Assembly: GCA_002633005.1 (NCBI GenBank)
Contig: NMRA01000655.1
Coordinates: 31,599 to 95,598, forward strand
Length of the DNA stretch: 64,000 nucleotides
Direction: 5' to 3'
Source of the DNA: Phoronis australis
Taxonomy: Eukaryota; Animalia; Phoronida
Positions 24,901 through 38,341 of the stretch are shown here, in pieces (position 1 is the first letter of the stretch; each line of letters opens with the position of its first letter). The translations under genes were made by a program, and so were the position numbers. The notes under the pieces were generated by a model. The model saw nothing but the letters and a program-made list of their open reading frames with translations, was not told the DNA's origin and did no database searches.

Positions 24901-27900
24901 ATGACCCAAAGTCGTCAACGCTTTACAACATCTGAGGATAATTTATTTGTACTGTGTTGCCTTAGACAAATACCTCCCGGTTTACCGAAGCGGTATGAGC
25001 ACATTGCAAACCTTGTCAATACCGTATGGAAAAAGGGTAGCAATTATAGCGTTCAAGATGTTCAGTGCGCAGCTGAAAAATTCGAACATTTTCTTCCCCA
25101 GTTCCATGACAATCCACTTCGCGTCAACGATGAAGAAGTTTTCAGATTGCTAGTTCAGTACTCTGAATCCAATAATCTGAGCAAAGGAAAACACCACCTT
25201 GGGCAATTTGTTACATATTCGTTCATTCCTAAAGTGAAACGCTGTTGTGACAAGGAATTGGTTCTTGCTCCCAGTACAACGGTCAACGTCTACACCGTTT
25301 GCAAACCTCCCTGTCAAGGCACGCTGTATAAGTCACGGTGCGATAAATGTGGTACCACATACAGTCTCAACTGCTCTACATTCAGTGGCGATGCTTTTTA
25401 TTACGGCAGTACCGTGACATGCGACGAATATGTTTCTTTCAACGACAACAGTGTTTTCAGCAGAGACTTATTGATCTCCTTGGATATCAACATGTAAGTA
25501 AAAACTTTCTGTTATCACATTGCATGTGTTTGTCATTTTTTCCCATTTTTACACCTTTTCGCACAATTGCATTTATAACATTAATACTACCGATGAGCGA
25601 GTGTAGTACTATAGTAAACTCCCTGGCCGCACTGGTGCCATAAGGGGGCGGGCTATAGCCCCCACTTTTTTCAGGGCCGCGCCGCTCATGTAGAAATAAG
25701 AACAATAGAAATTGTTAAATATTCTGGTCACATCACATGATCAATAGGTCGACAGTCTTAGGCCTTTTATTTAGTGCAGACGCCCTAAATTTCTTGAATC
25801 CCAATAACTGCCACATTTGTACCAGTGTGCGGTGACTAAAACAGTAAATTTTCAGATTACCGTGGAGTTTCATTTCTTTAAATTAAAGATTATTTTCAGA
25901 ATTAATTTTAAAATTTTTCCGTTTTTCAATCCCAAATCTTTATCTGTCTTGTTGCTGAGTGCTAAAAACTACTGGACACATCCAATCTGTGAATCGAGAC
26001 CATTAAAATGAGGTGGAAGTAGGTTTGGTAAAAATGTATCTGTAATTGATCAAATGTTCCACGCAAACGAAATGCAGGTTATGAAAAATGCCACGTATGA
26101 AAACGGGAGACTGCAAGTTTGGCTTATTGCTTAGAATACAAATCCTAAGACATGGCCGCTTGATATTAATATGTTCTGAAACCCATTTTGATGCTGCATT
26201 CATCATGTGTGAAACATGCAGTTTGTCACTTTTCATGTCTCCCCAATTAATATTTCCAATCGGGCACCTGTAGAAAAAACAGCGTTTTTCCTGAAATGAC
26301 ATCTATTGGTGCCAATCAAAATAAAATAATTATGACTTCATAGTCAGATTCTGAACATTGACTTGTGTGTACAATGATCTTTTATTGTAATTTGTCATTT
26401 TCCTTGAGTATGAAGTGTTTGTTGATATCTTGTGTCTATGGATGCCAGTGAGTCCTGTCCTGTCTCATTGTCAGTATTCAGTGATTGAGAGGGTGTTGTT
26501 GTTGCCCAAGAACAGGCGTGCGTTCAGTAGACGCTAGGACCTACGCTAGGACCTAGCTAGAATCTAGTCAAAGTCACGTGCTCTCATTTAACATGCACGG
26601 CTATATCTCACGTAATCTCGCGAAGTCTTGCGAGGTCCTAGCGTTACTGAACGGGAGGCAAATGTCGAGTCAACTGCCATTTGTATAACCTGTAATGCTT
26701 AGTAGTGGTCAGCAATCACTATAAATAAGTACAAAGGCAAAACAATAGACCAATCAAAAATAAGGAAGTTGAAAAGAAGTTGAAATACGAATTGACTAGA
26801 AAAACAAGTAAAATTGTCAACAGAAAGATAAAAGGGCTCGGGCAGGAAATGAAGTTGATCATGAATACACATGTCCACTTACAGTGGCACTACGTGTCTC
26901 ATAAAAATGCAAATAAACATGGTAATGAATTGTCGGACCACTGACTGTACATGTATACATTTCACGAATAATGAGGTAAAACCAATTTACAGGTTCGGAC
27001 ATCATTTCCATAAAATCCGTCAGCTGTTATGGGTCACATTGACCAAACATGCTTTGACACGTGTACAGTATTAATCAGACGTTTTGAAAAGCATTATAGA
27101 TGTCTACTCGCTCATCTTTCAAATTCTGTGTGTATGCAGTGCTATGTTATAATTCAAACTAAGTCAGAGATTCCAAAAACACTTATTTCAAATGGGACTT
27201 TCGCGCACCCAAATGAAAACGTGGTTCAAGGTTGTCCCTGCCGGCCCCGAGTGGTAAGAATTCACGCGACCTTCGCTTAATTTACTGCGCCAATGTCGCA
27301 CTGGTGCACTCTTGAATGAACACCACAATTAACAGCGTCGTAATAAATCCATGGGCTGCACGGAAAGCTGGGTGTTTGTTTCTTCCAATGCCTCTTATCA
27401 ATAATAAAGCCTTGACTTAAGCCCGTGTGATAATTCAAAACATAAATATGTCAAGTGTTGCAAATGTGAGGAATAACTAATTATTCGATGGGAACTATAC
27501 CAAAAAGTTTGTTTCCAATGTTATAGTTAATTGAGTCAACTTGGTTTTTGCTAAGAAAGAAATCATAACGATGATTTTCACTACAGGCGTCGGAAGTACA
27601 CCAGCTTTGAAGCGTATGCCGCTTGTTACAATGAAGTGAATGCTGCTAGAAGTAGAGACCTAGTAATTCCACATGTGCAAATGGACAGGAGAAAATTAGC
27701 TGACACTTGGTACGTAAAAATGGGTTGGCCTCAGTTAAGGTACTGTACATGCAATAATTAACCTTCGTGAAGTCCTTTCGTGTTTCATGAAATAACTTCT
27801 TAGCTATTCTTTGAAAAAGTTTTAACTCAGACATGAGTTAAAAGATTACTCAGTTGTTTAAAATCGCTGCTCTTCCCTGTAAGAAAAATCATCAAAAAAC

Positions 27901-30656
27901 TGTCGTTATGGCTCTCTCGACCACAGACAATATTGGAATTGTCTCAAAACACGTGTGTACTTGTGCATAAATGATGCGTAGAAAAAAGTTTTATAGCTAC
28001 CACTGAAAAATGAAGAATCAGTTCTATACAAACTGTGGATCTCACTAAGGTTGACAAAGACAATTGCCTAAACCCGATCATGGGCTTCTTATTTGTTATG
28101 AATGTTTCAGCACGAGTTTATGATTAGCTAAATTTCTTAACAAAACCTCGATTACTACAACAGTATAAAATTCCTTGGTAATTTTTTATAACTCAGTTGT
28201 CACATAATGTCGATCGTATAATTGCAGTTTCGATGCAAGCGCCTAGATAATTAGGGTATCATCCTTCAAAGTCCTCTTATTGTTTCGCTTTGCCCAATTG
28301 CTTTTTCAGGTATAAATGGAAATTGCTGTACTGGCTGCACAGCATGGACAAACTGACTGAAATGTCACTGAGATTGGTCTCTGACACTCTCGATGTGACA
28401 TTGGAACATTTCATAAATGACATCAGATCACATTTTGTGAAAAAGTGGTCGGGTCCATCTCATAAGGACAACTGCACACACGAGGGTAAACTTTTAGGTT
28501 AAGTTGAAATAGAATACTTCACAAAACAATAATGCCTATTTAGATGAACACGGACTCTAAATGACCGCCACCACTGACCAGTTAGTACTTATAGTAACCA
28601 ATTTTTTAAAACACTAACTACTTCTTTTGCTTGTTATTATAAAGTAAGACGAGTTACATAATGAGTATCCCAAACACCAGGTTCGATATATGTTTTAATT
28701 GCAGTTCTTGTCGTTCCAGGTTGCTCCAAGATGCTGGTTGTCGATGGCCACATGAAGGCAAGGCGAAATGTTTGTAATGTGCGAGAAAGTGCTTATGTCG
28801 ACTCAGAGGAGTTAGGCAGTATCAGCATTGGATGCCCCAATACTCCTAAACTAGGTTCGATGTATTGTTCAGCACATGCCGATACTGCTGAGCATGACTC
28901 CGAAGTAAAGGTACAGTAAACTTGAAATGTCATCCAAGTTTCAACTACATACACTATGGCTACATGTATTGATGTCGTTGGTAATTACTGGCAGGATCCG
29001 ACAAGAGAAAAACCATTCACAGCCTTCAAAATAACATGTCTGCATCATGCAAGGCCCCTGGAGCGGCATGTGTATTGTTTGCTCATCTTGGTGTAGGGTC
29101 TTTAATTCGTGCCTTTATTGACTATAAAACTACTCAACCACAGGAAATCAGCTTTTATAATTGGCAACCACTTTTGGTGATACATGATTGGCAACCACTT
29201 TTGGTGATAACCAAAATCCAAGCACAAATTTCGGTACTTCATCACTGTCTGCCTGTGGCTCCTGAAGTTCAGATTCCCAGTCGTACTGCGGAGCGCTTGT
29301 CCATTTTTGGTTGGACTTAAAACCCAACAACATTTTACAGCGCACTTAAATGTATTGTAGTCGGCTGAGTTAGGATGTTTAGGGTTGACTACGTTGTTTT
29401 GGAACAGAAGTAGCAGAGGAGTCATGCAATCATGCGCATGAGCACTTAACTTTATAAGCACGGATCACTGAATCATGCACATAAACCTATCAATCGTGCA
29501 TAAGGAGCTTTGGATCAAGCACACGAAGAACGACGAATACACAGTACGAACGCAATTGTAATGCACAATGGCACATACTCATAACAACGATTACCGGGCT
29601 ATGACAATGGGCACCGACAGCCTGGTAATTCACTCGGACATATGATTAAGAGATTTGTGTGTATGGTTTGTGAGTAATGTTATATGTTCCTGCGCATGAT
29701 ATTATGGTCGTGCTTACCGGAAAGAGTCCGTTGAAAAAATGCCGTATTTTAATTTCGGTGTACCCTTTGTTACATTGATTTTGTAACTAATTCATTATAT
29801 GGGAATGAGTCTCTGATCTTGTTGCATTCACTGTGTGTCTGATTTTATAAATCCACACTATTTCAATGAAACTTTCCGTTATCAAAACCTTCAATTTCCA
29901 TTACATTTCTCCACTAAGTGTTGACGTAATGCATTATCAACACTCTAGGGGAAGATTGCTTTATTAATTTGTAAGCAACTTCATTACTTCTTGTTAAAAA
30001 GCAAAACAAACTTTTCTTCCAGAAGGCTGACAACGCAGAAGGAACCAAGAATATTCCTGTGGCATTTGGCACCAGACTTGGTAAGAAGAAAAGGCTGGAC
30101 GTCTATGAAATGGACAAAGATGAAGAAGGAGATTTGAAATCGCTTACCTGTAAAACTACTAAAGACAAGTCAAGCACAAAAAAACAAGACAGCTGGTATT
30201 GTCGCAGCAGTGTACAACTGTGGTATTATAGCAAGTATCGATGAACTGTTTGGAAGTGAGAGCTTGTCTCAAGTTTACAACTTTTTAATTGCTTTGTACA
30301 AAGAGTCCCAACACTTCTCCCCTCTTTTGGCGTATGACGACGCATGCCATCTACATAAATTCATTCACAATCCGAAGCGGTGTGAGGTCACTGAAAGTAG
30401 CAAGTTCTTAGTATCCCTCGTTTTAGTAGTAGACAAAATGCACTTTAAGAATCATGTGGACAAGTGGTGTCATGAGCATGTTAATCCACATAAGGTGCCT
30501 GAGGTGGACGCTCTAAATACTGAGGCTTGTGAGCAGACGTTTGGTCACCTTGCAAGATATAAGCATGCTCTACGGCACATGAATTATGGCCGATATAATT
30601 TGTTTTTGTTAACACTTGCCGATATGATGAACCACAGCAAACTTGAAACAGTCTGA
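24901..30656 (+). CDS. KDZ transposase (CxC5 + CxC6 cysteine clusters + catalytic domain), exons 24901-25493, 27587-27709, 28310-28485, 28720-28910, 30023-30656; one frameshift in A7 at 30178-30184
   Basis: Phase-compatible GT-AG exons. CxC5-like FIPKVKRCC...SRCDKCGTTY; LVVDGHMKARRNVC...GCPNTPKLGSMYCSAH; TAGIVAAVYNCGII...ELFGSESLSQV...AYDDACHL...VVDKMHFKNHVDKWCHEHVNP...NTEACEQTF, characteristic of KDZ transposases. Confidence 0.9.
26520..26653. mobile_element. Small MITE-like inverted repeat in intron 1 of the transposase
   Basis: CGTTCAGTAGACGCTAGGACCT ... AGGTCCTAGCGTTACTGAACG. Confidence 0.5.
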
Positions 30657-32569
30657 CCATATGGCACTGCGACGGTGAAATCACAACAATTTTGGACAAA
30701 ATAAGTCGCAATATTTTAATTACAATGTCGTTGGTCATTTTTGAATGACAGCATTTTGAAAAACTGGTTTGTCTTCTGGCGTATTGCTGACGTTATGGAG
30801 CCAGTTTAGGCTTATTTCCGTGTCCAAACTACATCAAGCGACACGAGACGGCATCATGTAACATCCGAATAGTACAGCATATAAACTTTAAACGTTATAT
30901 CGCTGCTGGTATAGATCTTGCATATTTCACTTGTCAACCACATTGTTTCCTCAGTTGGTGAGATTTTACTGTAGTTATTTATGATGTTCCTGCTCCTACT
31001 GCAGAGAGCAAAGCGGACGTTGATTTTCTGACCAGTTAGACTAACGTGACGTCTTGAAGTGGCATGGTTAAATTCTGTTAAACCCCTTGATTTAAATATT
31101 GACTGTAGGTTGACGATGCATTGTCTCATTAAATTGTGAATATGCAAATGAAGTAATAACTTACAAACAATCCAGTGTACTCAAAAGTGCCGAAACCATC
31201 CGATAAACAATTACCACGACAGTCTCGCGAAAGTCTCGTTATGCGAGACAATTTTTATGAAAATGAGTATGGTAACATTTCATGTTATCCTTATGAAACA
31301 AAGCACAGTTTTTATTATTTGTTTATAACAACATCAAATTACAATTTGGGATTACTTGAAATAACTAGGGCTTTTTATATGTTCACGCATGTTTCTAAGT
31401 TTATCATTTATAGTGTTATCTTTAAAACCACAATTTCATTAAAATTGTTTCTTTTCCCCGATCATACATATAGTTATCCTGGAAGTCATTGGGTGGTGTT
31501 TGTTACAAATTTAGATATTCAGGATTTTAATGAGACATAATGTAGCCAATCATGGATGGATACTACATGTACGTACACCCCGAAGTCAGCTTCATGAAAG
31601 AAGAAATATTACTTCATGCTATTGTTTGATCTTATTTCTGTTACTGTCCACTTGTTTGGCATATAAGGGGTGTTTTACAGCAGCAGAAAAATAGAAAGGA
31701 TTCAGTAACTTGATAACAAAACGATGTCTACCTTTATTGAAGCAAGATAGCAAGGTCACCTAATGATTAAATGACCGGGAAGTTTTCCTCTCTGGAACAA
31801 ATTGGGTAAACCAAGAAAATATGCGTCATTAGCTGAAAGGTTTAACAACATCCCTATGACTTTATTCCTACATATGTTTGTATATAATTTCTTGCTTTTT
31901 AATCTCATCAGTGATTAGCATATGCGCTACTGTTGTTTTGTAGAATATATTTTGACTGTTGTGTAGCAAAGGTTCTAGTTATCAAGCTCTTACTCAGTTA
32001 CAAATGCACTTATTGGGTTGTATTTTGTTTCAAGGTCACATAATTTCGAAATTAATCGTATGAGTGAGTGAAAATAACGCTTCCATTAAAACAGAAAATA
32101 TATTTGACTGGCATAAGTTAGTTATCATTCAATGTACATCCTACACAATGATTCGCCACTTAGATTAACAATTTTTTTAAATTAAAAAAATAAACAATCA
32201 TCATTTCTCGTGTGTGGTGTCAACCCTCATAGTTTTTCTAACTTAGGCACATTGCATTTTACATTGTGCCTATTGGTGATAAGACTAAAAAGTTTATCAC
32301 TTTTTCGTAGATTTGTTGATGCGTCGGCGCGCAAGTTTTATAGTTATTCTGGCTTCTGTCATGACCAACGGAAACGCACAATTTACTCTTTTTATAGCTG
32401 TAGTTAACTTAAGCCTATTGCTCACTTTCTACGGCCCGATTTTAGTAGACTTCTAAATATTTCTACACATGACAGCTTTAGGAAGAAAATTTACCTACTG
32501 AAAAGGATTGCTTTCCTGTTTACACGAAAACAACTTTTAAATACAAATTGAATAAGCTGGGTTGAATAC

Positions 32570-35200
32570 TAGTCAAAATGCGTGTTCAGTGTCTTAAAAA
32601 TTGTGAGCCTGTTCCTTACGTCACGTCTGTTGTCAGCCTTTCGTAAGGTAGCGCAGCATTTAGTGGGAATAGTTGAATTCGTTGAAATGCGTGTTCCGTG
32701 TCCCTAAAAGTCGTGAGCCTGTTGTTGGCGTCACGACTGTTATCAGCCCGTCCACAGGTGGCGCAGCGATTAGTGGGAATAGTTGAATTAGTTGAAAAGC
32801 GTGTTCGGTGTCTCTAAGGTTGTGAACCTTTTGCTTACGTCATGTGTAATGTCAGCCCGGCCGCTGGTGGCGCTGCGATTAGTGGGATTAGTTGAATTAG
32901 TTGAAAAGCGTGTTCGGTGTCTCTAAATTCGTGAGCCTGTTGTTGACGTCATTTCTGTTCTCAGTCCGTCGGCAGGTGGCGCAGCGATTAGTAGGAATAG
33001 TTGAATTAGTTGAAAAGCGTATTAGGTGTCTCTAAAGTCGTGAGCCTATGGCTGACGTCATGTCTTTTATCAGTCCGTCCGCAGGTGGCGCAGCGATTAG
33101 TGGGATTAGTTGAATTAGTTGAAATGCGTGTTTGGTGTCTCTAAAAGACTTTAGCTGACGTCATGTTTAATGTCAGCCCGGCCGCTGGTGGCGCGGCGAT
33201 TAGTGGGATTAGTTGAATTAGTTGAAAAGCGTGCTCCGTGTCTCTAAATTCGTGAGCCTGTTGTTGACGTCATTTCTGTTGTCAGCCCGTCGGCAGGTGG
33301 CGCAGCGATTAGTGGGAATAGTTGAATTAGTTGAAAAGCGTATTAGATGTCTCTAAAGTCCTGAGGCTGTGGCTGACGTCGTGTCTTTTGCCAGTCCGTC
33401 CGCAGGTGGCGTGGCGATTAGTGGGATTAGTTGAATTAGTTGAAAAGCGTGCTCGGTGTCTCTAAATTCGTGAGCCTGTTGTTGACGTCATTTCTGTTCT
33501 CAGTCCGTCGGCAGGTGGCGCAGCGATTAGTAGGAATAGTTGAATTAGTTGAAAAGCGTATTAGGTGTCTCTAAAGCCCCATAAAGTCCTGAGCCTGTGG
33601 CTGACGTCATGTATTTTGTCAGCCCGGCCGCTGGTGGCGCGGCGATTAGTGGGATTAGTTGAATTAGTTGAAAAGCGTGCTCGGTGTCTCGAAAGTCGTG
33701 AGCCTGTTGTTGACGTCATTTCTGTTGTCAGCCCGTCGGCAGGTGGCGCAACGATTAGTGAGAATAGTTGAATTAGTTGAAAAGCGTATTAGATGTCTCT
33801 AAAGTCCTGAGCCTGTGGCTGACGTCATGTCTTTTGTCAGTCCGACCGCAGGTGGCGCAGCGATTAGTGGGATTAGTTGAATTAGTTGAAATGCGTGTTT
33901 GGTGTCTCTAAAAGACTTTTGCTGACGTCATGTTTAATGTCAGCCCGGCCGCTGGTGGCGCGGCGATTAGTGGGATTAGTTGAATTAGTTGAAAAGCGTG
34001 TTCCGTGTCTCTAAAGTCGTGAGCCTGTTGTTGACGTCATTTCTGTTGTCAGCCCGTCGGCAGGTGGCGCAGCGATTACTGGGAATAGTTGAATTAGTTG
34101 AAAAGCGTATTAGGTGTATCTAAAGTCCTGAGCCTGTGGCTGACATCATGTATTTTGTCAGTCCGACCGCAGGTGGCGTGGCGATTAGTGGGATTAGTTG
34201 ACTTAGTTGAAAAGCGTGCTCCGTGTCTCTAAAGTCGTGAGCCTGTTGTTGACGTCATTTCTGTTGTCAGCCCGTCGACAGGTGGCGCAGCGATTAGTGG
34301 GAATAGTTGAATTAGTTGAAAAGCGTATTAGGTGTCTCTAAAGTCCTGAGCCTGTGGCTGACATCATGTATTTTGTCAGTCCGACCGCAGGTGGCGTGGC
34401 GATTAGTGGGATTAGTTGAATTAGTTGAAAAGCGTGTTTGGTGTCTCTAAACGCTTTTTCTGACCTCAGGTCTAATGTCACCCCGGCCGCTGGGAGCGCA
34501 GCAATTAGGGGGATTAGTTGAATTAGTTGAAAAGCGTGCTCGGTGTCTCTAAAGTCGTGAGCCTGTTGTTGACGTCATTTCTGTTGTCAGCCCGTCGGCA
34601 GGTGGCGCAGCGGTTTGAACAGCGTATTACGTGTCTCTTAAGTCGTGAGCCTGTGACTGACGTCATGACTTTTGTCAGTCCGTTCGCAGGTGGCGCGGCG
34701 ATTAGTGGGATTAGTTGAATTAGTTGAAAAGCGTGTTCGGTTTCTCTAAGGTTGTGAGCTTCTTGGTTACGTCATGTGTAATGTCAGCCCGGCCGCTGGT
34801 GGCGCGGCGATTAGTGGGATTAGTTGAATTAGTTGAAAAGCGTGCTCGGTGTCTCTAAGGTTGTGAGCTTCTTGGTTACGTCATGTGTAATGTCAGCACG
34901 GCCGCTGGTGGCGCGGCGATTAGTGGGATTAGTTGAATTAGTTGAAAAACGTGTTCGGTGTCTCTAAGGTTGTTTGCTTACGTCATGTGTATTGTCAGCC
35001 CGGCCGTTGGTGGCGCGGCGATTAGTGGGATTGGTTGAAAAGCGTGTTCGGTGCCTTTAAAGTTGTGAATTAGTTGAAATGCTTGCTTGATGTTATTGAA
35101 ATTGTGAGCCTTATGCTTTAGTCATATTTCTCATCAGCCTTTCCACAGGTGGCGCAGCGATTAGTAGGAATACCTGATATTGTTGAAATGCATGTAAATG
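32570..35200. repeat. Right subterminal tandem array of the KDZ element, ~109-bp unit, ~24 copies, with recurring unit variants
   Basis: TAGTGGGA(A/T)TAGTTGAATTAGTTGAAAAGCGT recurs at 32771, 32880, 32989, 33098, 33201, etc. Each unit has (C/G)GCAGGTGGCGC or CGCTGGTGGCGC. Confidence 0.95.
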
Positions 35201-36049
35201 TCCCTTAAAATGTCAGCCAATCATGTGTGTTTTCTTCTTGCTAACAGGTGTTGCATCGATTGCAGGGTATTGTTACATAGGCTAATACGGGTGCTAAGTG
35301 TTCGGCAACCTACCCATGTGTGGCGCAATAGTAGATTGAAATATCTGACTTTGATAGGAACTTCAAGCTTATGTCTTAAAGATCATTCTTTGCACTTACA
35401 TGCTTCAACGCCTCCTATTGCTAGTACTTATTAGAGCAAGAGAAAAAAGAAACATAGGGGGCACTGCAATTAGTTGAACTACAGCTTCCTATCAATCGAT
35501 TAGTAGGGCCCTACCAAAGATTCTGACATGACTCCAAATTTCTAAACAAAAAAACATTTAGTCTATGGATTATAAGCTAATATTGGACAATGTAGATTAT
35601 CATTTATTTGCAAAATATGTGAAAAACTAATGTACACTCACCTGTTTATTACTGTTAATTAACTAAATGCCCTGAGTCAAAACTCTGCCAAACTTTGTCA
35701 CATTGTATGCCAGATTTTTTTGGCAATAATGTGGAACTTTTGTCATGATATTGTTCTTGAATTTTTGTCCTGGGATATGATTTTGACAATTCTAGTTGCC
35801 AGCTCTTTCAGTCATAATAGACATGTATTCAGAATTCCAGGAAACAGTCAAAAGGTGCAAAATCGTTTCACGGAATTTAGGAAAAGTTATTCAGGATTGA
35901 AATGAATAGTAATGGAATGGACAGTTAGCCATCCTGATGTACTTTGTCAACCGCTTTATTTTGAACTACTGAATGTACTGGTGTCTGTGATGACAAATTC
36001 CAGGCCCAACGTGGTCTTGGTAACTTTTATTACACGACCACTGATACTC

Positions 36050-38341
36050 CTCTCCTCTGATTACCTTTTAATGGTGTAATGCTGATGGGCTTAGGCATGG
36101 GATATTGCTTTTTTTTCATTCTGTCCATACGTTTGATGCAGCTCTTCATGATCTGACCAACTACAGGTTGCAGAAACCAAAAGCTTTGAATTGTGTATTA
36201 CTAAACATAACAAGAAGATGACTGCTAAAAACATGCCAATCTAACAAGTAACATGTACCGACGGAGTGTAGTGGGAATACATACCCTATCTGCTCTGAAA
36301 ACAACACCATTGTAAGTAGCTAATTGATCTCTGCAATCCCAATAAGGTAATGCGATGTGAGGTACTTGTGACCTATGTTCTGGCCAACCATTCAAAATCA
36401 ACTGCTCTACACACTGCAGTTCATCATCATAGCATGTTGCCATAGCAATTTTATCATGCATACAATGAGCTCATCATCCATGATAGCATGTCATCACCAT
36501 TGTGAGGTAATCTACTCAAACAATCAGGTAAACCAATAGTAGTACCTTTTTGTACACCAAATTGAATGAGTATGGTTGAAGTTTCAGCATCATTCTTTGA
36601 ATTCTCATCGGAGACATGCCTATTGGCTTCTTAAACAAACTCTCTAAAGGCTTATGGTCTGATTCAATTGTGACTTCAGGCATACCGTAAATCAACTTGT
36701 GAAATCGAATACACCCAAAACATACAGCTAACATCTCTTTCTCTATTTGAGCATATCGCTCTTCTGTAGGTGTTAGCGCCCTAGCGGCATAAGCAACAAT
36801 GCCATCATCCTGAATCACTGCTGCACCTAATCCCTTGGGTCTAGCGTCAACACTTAGTGTAATTGGTTTGTTGACATCGAAGTATTTTAATACAGGGGTG
36901 TTACACAAAGCTTCCTTGATACTTGAAAAAGCTTTCGATTCTACTTAGCCCCACTTCCATGAGCCTGAGAGCAATCAGTTGACTCAAGTTTGGGATAAAT
37001 TTGGACACATATGAAATCACTCCCAATGCTGACTGCAGTTCTTGTTCATTGATTGGTTCTGGCATATTAACAATACCCTGAATTCTCTCTTAGGATGGTT
37101 TTACACCATCTGCGGTCAAAACATGACCCACGTAACTAACTTGGGGATGACTAATCTTAATCTTATTTAAATTCAATTTTAACCCTTGTTTTCTGGCTAT
37201 CTCAAGTACAGCTGTGAGCCGTTCATCATGCTCTTGAGTTGTTTTTCCGTGAATCTGAATATCATCCATCACAATTTCTACTCCCGAAATGTGATCAAAC
37301 ATATTTTGCATAGCCCTTTGATAAATTTCTGGGGAACATTTCAAGCCCATTGGCAATCTAAGATGCCTGTAACGCCCAAATGGGGTATTAAATGCTGTAT
37401 AGTAAGAACTTTGCTCACTCAGCCTGATTTGGTAATAACCCATGTTTGCATCAAGAACACTGAAAATTGTACTCCCATGTAATCTGGTTACAATATCATC
37501 AATTGAATTCATCGGGTGGTGTTCATACAAAATAGCCTTATTTAAGCTCGAGGGATCAATGCACAACCTACCGTAGCTCTATTATTGCATTTCCGAACTC
37601 ATACTAAATAATGGAGACACCCAAGGTGTTGGCTTATGCAGTGACTTTCGCGATAATGCCACACCTTTCTAAATTGTCTAATTCCACTTTTACCTGCTCT
37701 CTGATAGCAGCGAGAACTGGTCTGGGAGGGTGAACTACTGGTGGTATCGACGAATCTACCTGAATATCGTATTCCCCTGGAATACACCCAATTGTTTCTT
37801 CAAATACATCACTGTTTTCTTACAAAACTGTCATGACTTGCATTTTGTTTCTTAGAGTCGACTTCAAACACTCTCTGGACCACATTTAATATCACACTGT
37901 CATCACGACCTAACAAATCTACTTGTTTCCTGTTGTATAGTACAAGAAACTCTAGCATATGTCTTTCATTCTTATAATCCGCTGTCGGTACAATTTTACC
38001 ATATGCTTGCTGTGGTTTGCCATGAATACCATTTATCATAACATTTGCTGTGTTTCAACAAGAGTTCCCTACCTAACTTTCTGAGTGTAGCTAGTGACAA
38101 TACGTTGCAACCTGCAAACGTATCAATTGCTAAGGATAAGTTTGACTTACCAACTTGTACAGTGACATTCCAATCATCAGAATTTGTACATGCATAATTT
38201 GAATTGATACCAAACACATCTTTAAAATTGCATTGATCCATCATATTTGCCATTTTGTCCTCCTCTGTTCTGTGTGTGTGTCCTCGGTGATTCCGACCAC
38301 GATTGCCTCTGTAATGCCCTCTAGATTGTCCTCTTCTCTGT
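36050..38341 (-). mobile_element. Degenerate Ty3/Gypsy LTR retrotransposon pol (protease, RT, RNase H, start of integrase)
   Basis: IDTFAGCNVL (protease); FSVLDANMGYYQI, AFNTPFGRYRHLRLPMGL, IVMDDIQIHG (RT); SVDARPKGLGA, RYAQIEKEMLAVCFG, IESDHKPLE, RIQRMMLKLQPY (RNase H); GWPE...YWDCRDQL. Multiple stops and frameshifts. Confidence 0.93.

Larger units (their letters stand above)
15240..35534 (+). mobile_element. Giant (~20.3 kb) KDZ/Zisupton-superfamily DNA transposon with cargo genes
   Basis: Direct repeat CAAATTTC at 15232-15239 and 35535-35542. Perfect 15-bp IR CATGTCAGAATCTTT (15244-15258) / AAAGATTCTGACATG (35516-35530), each inset 4 nt from the TSD. Subterminal arrays at both ends and an internal KDZ transposase gene. 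Confidence 0.82.

Noticed and set aside
33565-34718. ORFs within the 109-bp array
   Set aside because: Chance open frames in tandem repeat units.
32570-35200. CRISPR-like periodic array
   Set aside because: The inter-core segments are homologous to each other rather than unique spacers, there are no cas genes, and the context is eukaryotic. It is a tandem repeat.
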